Of a DNA stretch of 64,000 nucleotides, positions 57,189 to 64,000 are shown piece by piece. The first letter of the stretch is position 1. Each line of letters starts with the position of its first letter. The notes beneath the pieces were generated by a model. It was not told where the DNA came from and did no database searches. It saw only the letters and a program-made list of their open reading frames with translations. Source of the stretch: Macrostomum lignano (Eukaryota); assembly GCA_002269645.1 (NCBI GenBank), contig NIVC01000052.1:124001-188000 (forward strand). The letters are read 5' to 3'. The translations under genes were made by a program, and so were the position numbers.

Positions 57189-60100
57189 TCAAGAGGACAC
57201 GAACTCCAGACTGTCAGGGTCCAAGGCCAGCAGCTGGCTCAGTTGCCAAGGCGATTTGGGGCCAGTCAGAGCCGGCGCGACCAGCTGGAATCCCGGCAGG
57301 CTGCCGCGGCTTCTCAGCTCGACCAGCTGCGACGAGCTCCAGCGATGCCGGGTGGCCAGACCTCGCGCCGCCGCTGTCGCTTCTCGTTGCCAGGCGACCA
57401 GTGATGCGGCGGTCAGCGCGTCGGACTGAAGCCGGGTGAGCTCGGCTGAGACTGACACTCCGTAACTAATGCTCAGGACGGAGTGCCGGCTCGACACCAA
57501 CAGGCGGTCGGAGCCATCAGAGCGGCTGATCGTCAGGGAGATGTCACCAGGCAACTCGAACCGGGATCTGGGATGGGGGTGGAAGACGGAAAATGAAAAA
57601 TGAACTTGTTACGAGCTATAATTGGGTAATTTAGACAAACCATCCTGAGATAGCCGACGTTAATAGCTATTTTTAGAATCTATTTTTAGTATATTAGACT
57701 AGCGCAGCCCCCTTGGGGTGGCCCGAACAAAGACTGAAATTCTTGTTGTACTCTGCCCCCCCCCCCTTTCTCGGCACGTTGATTTTAACTCCTGTGTACA
57801 TTGCATCATAGATGTACACTTACTCTCTAGATCTAGAGCAATCGATTACAGAGCTTTGAGCTCAAATATATAATAGCACCCCACGCCCAAGTCGGGGCCG
57901 TAAGCTTTTGGTTCATCTAAACTTCTGTCTCTCGCGTCAGTCACTACAATGCTATTTTTAATAGCGCTCTATCAAGTCTTTTTTAGAATTTTTTAGAGCT
58001 ATTTTTAGAATCTTTTTAGTACCCTCGTATATTAGACTAGAGCACTCCCCCTTGGGGTGGCCTGAACAAAAAAACGGAAAGGTATCTTATTTCATCAGCA
58101 TTTCATCACTATTTAAAAAAGGATAATAAGTAAATATCCAGTAGTAAGATTGCCATCGACTCATATTTGACTGGCTGATGCACATGTACGAAAATATGAT
58201 AACAATGACAGTTGCAAACGAGGGAAGTTGATGGAGAAGGTACAGTAAAACACAACCTAGATAGACATAGACGAAAAACATGATCTTTCTTATCGTCGGG
58301 CATGTTGACAGCTTTCAGTCAGGGCTATCTTGTAAATCGGTCTTCGTATTTGAAAACAAATGCCATTCTTCCAACCTGAGCACTAAAGCAGCTCCCATAC
58401 TCGCATAACTCCTCACCTTGTCAAATCAACAGAGCTGCCAAACACGGCCTGCAGGTGCGTGTTCATCAGGCCAGCCCGCTCAGGCCAGGCCAGGTGCACC
58501 ACCTGCTTGTCCCCGTCCAGTCCCGGGAACGGCACCAGCTCGGAGCCGTTGACCGCCGCCATGGCGAGCTGCTTCACCACCTGCGGCACCTGATCGCCGT
58601 GGAACTCCGGCACCGAGACTCGAATCCGAGGCCGCGATTCCGACCAGCCGTCGCCGTGACTTTCGCCGTAGTCGACGCTGAGCAGCAGCCCCGGATGGAG
58701 CGTCGGCCCCGTCGAGTTCAGCGCCAAGCCGCCGCCGCTGCCGCTGTCGATCTTCTCGATCATCGACAGTCGCTGGAAGGCGGCCAGGCTGTCCGCCAGC
58801 GCAGAGGACAGCACGGATGTCGGCGAATCCCGCAGACCAGCCAACGGGCTTGTCAGCGAGCTCCCTGCCGTCGAGTCCATCGCCGATACAATGGTCGCCG
58901 TCGAAGCTTCCGGACGAACGTTGAAGTTGGCCAGCCAGAAGTTTGGGCGGGACACCGCTAGCGAGTCGTAGGCGGCGTCGGCTTCACCAGCGAGATGGTC
59001 AAATGTCAGGCCGTCTAGATTGGTCAAGCCGAGAGGCGAGTCGCCGAGGCCGGCGTGCAGGCGGCGCGCCAAGCCGGAGTAGTCGGGGGCGGCCCATTGG
59101 CCGGTGAGGGGGTCGTACACCCGCTGCCCGGGCGGCAGCAGAACCAGCTGTGCGTCGGGGTCGTGGATGCCGCCGCGGTAGCCGAAGGGCAGCTGCGCGG
59201 TCTGCTTGGAGACGGTGAGCAGGCCGGTGTGCGAGTAGCTTAGCTGGTTCAGCGCGATGCCGCGGCTATCTAGAAGGGCCAGCGGCGAGCCCAGATGGTC
59301 GCACACAATGTAGGCCCGCTCTCCGTTGGTTTCCATAGCAACTAATTGACCGGTGCGATTCTCATAGACAAAGGTTGCCAGCCGGTTGCCATGCGGGAAG
59401 AAGGCGTGGCTGACTCGCCAAGGGCTGGCCGGATCGGCGTACATCAGCTGGAAGTCGCGGCTCCGGTCCAGCAGGTCCAGACGGGCGACCAGGCGGTCCC
59501 TGGAGTCGTACAGGTAGTGCAGGCTGTACACCTGCGTACCTCCGTCCGCCACGCAGTCAGCTCGCAGCAGCTGGCCTTTGGCGTTGAACCGGAAGTGCTC
59601 CGTGTGCCCTGGCAGCTTCCGGTTCCGGCGCCAGCTGAGGAAGCCGTCGGCGTCGAAGCCGAGCCCGACGCTACCAACCGACGTCGGCAGGCCGCGGCTG
59701 TCGTAGGTGTAGTTCAGCCACTCCGCCGCGGCCGGCGGAGGCGACTCAATTGAGCGGGCGGCGATTCGACCGTCGCCGCGGTAAATAATCCGTTGCCGAC
59801 TGGTAACCTGGCCGCGCTGGGCCTGGGTCAGCTGCGGTGGGTGTTGGGGATGTTGGGATTATGGAGAAATTGTGACTTTGGGGATGTTGGGATTAGGGGG
59901 ATATAAGGCTACTGGGGCTACTGGGGATATTGGGATAGTTGACATTATTGGGACATTAAGGATACTGGACATTGGGACAATGAAATACTGGGACTTCTGA
60001 TGCATAAAACATAGGAATTTGAGGATTTTTAGGGATTGTCGGATAAAAGAGTGATATTGGTGTTTGGTGTAACAATAGCAAATAAGTTAAACAATTCTAA

Positions 60101-62997
60101 GCAAAGGCTACTCACCTGCACAGGCCTGCCCAATCGGTCCTTGGCGTACTCCAGTGACACCTGAGCCTCATTTGCCAGGCCGTAGACCAGCCTCTCTGGC
60201 CGTCCCAGGCTGCAGCTGTGCAGCGACAGCACGAACGCCCTGGCATCGAAGCCGCTGCCCGGGCCGCTGGCGAAGTGCAGCGTGTTCTCCACCAGCCGGC
60301 CCATGCTGTCGAAGTGAAACCTGCGCATGGCCCTGCCGTCCTGCAGCGTGATTGTGTGCTTCATCCGGGACACCTCGTATTGGAAGCGGATGTCCAGCTG
60401 GCCTGTCACGTGACCCCTGACCGGATCCAGCGTCGTGTTTACAACGGTTCGAGCGGCGATGCTGCCGCCGCTGCCGCCAACAACGGTTTCTATGGACACT
60501 AATCGTAGCTCGGCGTCCAGGGTGTACCGATGATGGACAGGTGCGAGTCCGGACTCGGCTGTGGAGGCCAAGCCGCCAACAAGCTCAACACTCTCGCTCG
60601 CGAGGCAGCCGCCTCTGTAGTTGAACTGCTGGCGGACGGATGTTTCAGCGAGTTGGTCGGTGACCGCGGCCCTGTAGAGCAGTTTGGTGTCCGGATGGTA
60701 GCTGAACTCGGTCCTGGTCAGGCCGTGCACGCTGAGGGCGAGGCGGCGAGGCAGCTCGCCAGCTAAGAAGGAGTTCGCCAGGAGCCGCTGGCGGCTGGGG
60801 TAGGCGAGCGTGGTCAGAGTTTCAGCCGAGTCGAAATCGAACAGGGCGGCCCGGCCGCTCTGCCAAGGCCGGTAGTGCAGGCGGGTGCCGCCAACGATGC
60901 TCTGCGACAGCACCGACTGCCGGACGCCCTCCGGCGAGGTGACGCCACCAAAATTGCCGTTGGCGTTGAGGTGGAAGGTGTGCAGATTGCCTAGCGGATC
61001 CGTGACGGTGTTGGGCTGCGGGGACAGGCATGGGTGGAGCAGTTTGTAAAGGTTGGTTGGCGTGTTTGGGGTGTTTGAGGTGTTTGGGGTTGGTTGGCGT
61101 GTTTGGGGTTGGTTGGTGTGTTTGGGGTGTTTGAGGTGTTTGGGGTTGGTTGGCGTGTTTGGGGTTGGTTGGTGTGTTTGGGGTTGGTTGGTGTGTTTGG
61201 GTTTGGTTGGTGTGTTTGGGGTGTTTGAGGTGTTTGGGTTTGGTTGGCGTGTTTGGGGTGTTTGAGGTTTTTGGGGTTGGTTGGCGGGTTTGGGGTTGGT
61301 TGTCGGGTTTGAGGTTGGTGTGTTTGGCATGTTTTTGGACTAGAAAGTGCTTTGGTGATTGGAATTTAGAAATTAGTTTAGCCACGTATTTCATGGCCTC
61401 TAAACCAAACCAAACAATGGTCTCGTTCTGAGCAAGTACTATAAGAAATTTTTCCCTTTTGTTTTTCGCTCGGTGACAGAGAGCATGACTTACGAGTAAC
61501 TGCAACCTCACGAGAAGCCGAGGTTTCAACGTAAAATGAAGATTGTGAAAAATAGCGACTGGCCCAAAACTTATCCATGGGATAAAGCTAGTTAGTTGCA
61601 TTTCATCTTATCCTATTTCATCCTTTCCCACAGCAGCCTCACCCGGGCCCCCAGTTTTTTTCCCAGCTCTCCTTTCCACAGTTCCGCATTGATTGACACG
61701 AAGTCGTTCTGCTGGAAAATTGAACCGAGCTGAGTTCGCAGTGCAGCTATTAGTTCTCACCCCTTCCCGAAGTCTGTCGCCATGCCATGACCCTGGCGGC
61801 TTCAGTGATGCATGACTGCCAGCCCAATGCAACCCCGTTTTTTTCATTTTTTCTTTCTTTTTTGGTCAAACATCGCGTTATTTCCTTGAATCTACTAGTG
61901 TGAAAAATACTCGATTCGGAAACATTCCCAAATGCCCGAACTCGCAATTAACTTCAGCCGTGATTAGTAGAGAGAGGCGACCAACTGCGGTTGCTAAGCT
62001 GACCATAAACAATAGAGTAATTGACCCATCACATGATCACGTGATCTGTTCTTGTGTGCAAATTAGACCCGAGAAATAATGCTCGAATAAGTTTTAGTAA
62101 TTTACTAGATATATTTTGCTTATTGGACTTACCAGCGTTGTTGAATTGTCTGAGTAGCTGTATCGATAAACAGCCAGCTCATTCGCCGCTTCGCTGTCCG
62201 AGAATTGACGAATCTCGGACACCAGACGGCCCAGCGAGTCGTATTGCCACTGGTAAGTACCTCTCTCGATGTTGCTCTCCGATGCTGTGCGTGGCTTGTC
62301 GGCCCATTGCATCAGGGCAATTCGGCCGCGACTAAGGAGAGAGTTTAAATTTGATTCTTTGGTAGAATTGCTTTGTTTTTTGATAACAAGTTTAATTGTT
62401 TTATTCGTGTCTATAATATAACGTGTACTAAGGAGTCTATGTGGGTGTACATTTTGAGGTTCCCTCTAAAAGAATGTACATTGTAAAAAAGGGAGTGTGG
62501 GAGCTGAGGGTTAGACGGGTTGGAATTTTATAGTCAAAGTACGAGCGTATATTGGATTAATAAACTTTACGCCCCTGTTACACTAAGCAAATAAATTTAC
62601 ATTGTTATATAAATAGCAACAGGGGTTTGTGGCTCTAAAAAGCATGTACATTTTAAAAAGGGAGAGCGGGCTGAGGGTTAGACGGGTTAGAATTCTAGAG
62701 TCAATCAATAAACTTTGCCCCCCCCCCGACTGTGTACACTAGGCAAAATAAATGTACATTGTTCTATAAATAGCAACACGGGTTTCGGGCTAACCTAGTG
62801 TAGTCAAACCGCACAGGCCTGTACAGACAGATTCGCTGATTGGGCACAATAGAAATCGGATTTCCGTCTCGATTGTAGGTTATGGAGAACAGCTGCTGTT
62901 GGTCACTCTCGGATTGTGTTCCGTTGTCCGAGACACTGTAGATCTCAGTTAGATTGTTGCGATCAAACGCGACCGAGATAACTGAGCGGCCATTGAT
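57189..62997 (-). CDS. TENM: Teneurin, C-terminal part (YD-repeat shell plus Tox-GHH-like tail); 5' exons lie beyond the window or were not resolved
   Basis: Exons 62795-62997, 62133-62331, 60116-61015, 58417-59831 and 57189-57567 splice in consistent phase. INGRSVISVAFDR; YLYDSRDRL; YIVCDHLGSPLALLD; PFGYRGGIHDPDAQLV; RVYDPLTGQW (RHS-core-like); terminal AWQRE...RWSSSQLVELRSRGSLPGF resembles the teneurin Tox-GHH/TCAP region. Confidence 0.88.
61050..61325. repeat. GGTTGGCGTGTTTGG-type repeat in a teneurin intron
   Basis: Reverse complement of the 30802-31680 unit. Confidence 0.9.
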
Positions 62998-64000
62998 CTA
63001 AAATATTGAATTGGTTGTAATTGTCAGGTTGAAGTGGAACCAGTGGAACTGCGCCACAAAGTTGCTTCAGATATATAGATTAAAGAAACGGTCTCAAAAA
63101 ATGATTAAAGCCCAATTGGGCAGGGGGTGGGGTAAATCTGCAAATAATATTATCTCTAATTAGACTCTAAAGCTCTAACTGATCATAAATCTTCGAAAGC
63201 AACATGAGCCGAGCTGCGCAGCATCGGAGGTGGATCATTTTGGGCAAATTTTTCCTCCTCCCGCGCACCAGCCACACGCAGCAATCAATGAGTTGGCCTA
63301 ATCCTCCGCTACTCCGCTAGGGCGCCGCCCCCAATCCCGACCGCAATCCAGCCTCGTCCCCCCACTTAAGCCGACATAAATCAACAAATTAATCTCCCAT
63401 TTTCTATTCCCGCCCACCCTCCAAATCCCCCCCTGTTACGAGCGAGTCAGCCAAATCCCAAAAGCTAAATTATCCCTAATCTCGCTTCCTGCTCCAATTC
63501 CTCTTTCTTCCTTGCATTGAGCATTCAAGAAGTCCTGGCAGCAATAAGAAGTCTTACAAATGCAGACACCAAAAACATATTTCTCCCCAAATCCCCTCTC
63601 AGTTCCTCCTCCTCCTCCCGATGACTCACCCGGGCGGGCCTACAAATCTATGACGAGGCAAATTTTGCTCTTAAGTACATTTCTCAATCAACTGTTTGAG
63701 CATAGAGACTCGGAACTGGCAGACCGATCAATGTTAACGGAAAGAATTTAGAAAAAAAAATGTTTCAAACAACATCAAAGAAATATGGTAAATATTTCCG
63801 ATCAGATGGTTAAGCAGGATAGTATCTTTTGTTCACAGAGAGGGGCGCGTGCAATGCTTGGCATGCGGCTGTATTGGCACCTGGAGCATCTCTCTAATAA
63901 ATTAATTATCCAGGCCAATTATTAGGCTTATTAGTGTGATTGCTTATCGGAATTGAAGCCAGAAATTTTAATCAATTAAACCGATACTGAAAAAAATCAT

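Noticed and set aside
57189-62997. Bacterial RHS/YD toxin contamination or recent horizontal transfer
   Set aside because: The coding sequence is interrupted by in-phase GT-AG introns and follows teneurin motif order.

Overview
This is eukaryotic (invertebrate animal) genomic DNA. GC-rich exons with GT-AG introns are separated by AT-rich introns, and most long introns hold their own minisatellite. That style resembles the flatworm Macrostomum, but this is an inference and not an identification. I rebuilt seven genes by hand from splice sites and reading phase: (1) a 2-exon AIG1/GIMAP-family GTPase fused in frame to a complete Hedgehog-type Hog module (Hint plus SRR-like tail), + strand, 2487-4566; (2) a NIPSNAP-family gene, - strand; (3) a 26-exon phospholipase C-beta, 10136-32767, + strand; (4) a Fer2/PTF1-class bHLH gene nested antisense in PLC intron 17; (5) a RAPGEF2/6-like Rap GEF that lacks the PDZ domain, - strand; (6) a single-exon secreted Tyr/Lys/Arg-rich repeat protein, 48102-49247; (7) the 3' part of a teneurin, - strand, running off the right edge. 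There is also a tRNA-derived CORE-type SINE and about 35 tandem arrays. Most long ORFs in the supplied track are translations of these arrays. The standout candidate for an undescribed system is the cytosolic GIMAP-Hint fusion, predicted to autoprocess at NGDT|CF. All homology calls come from motif recognition; no database search was run.
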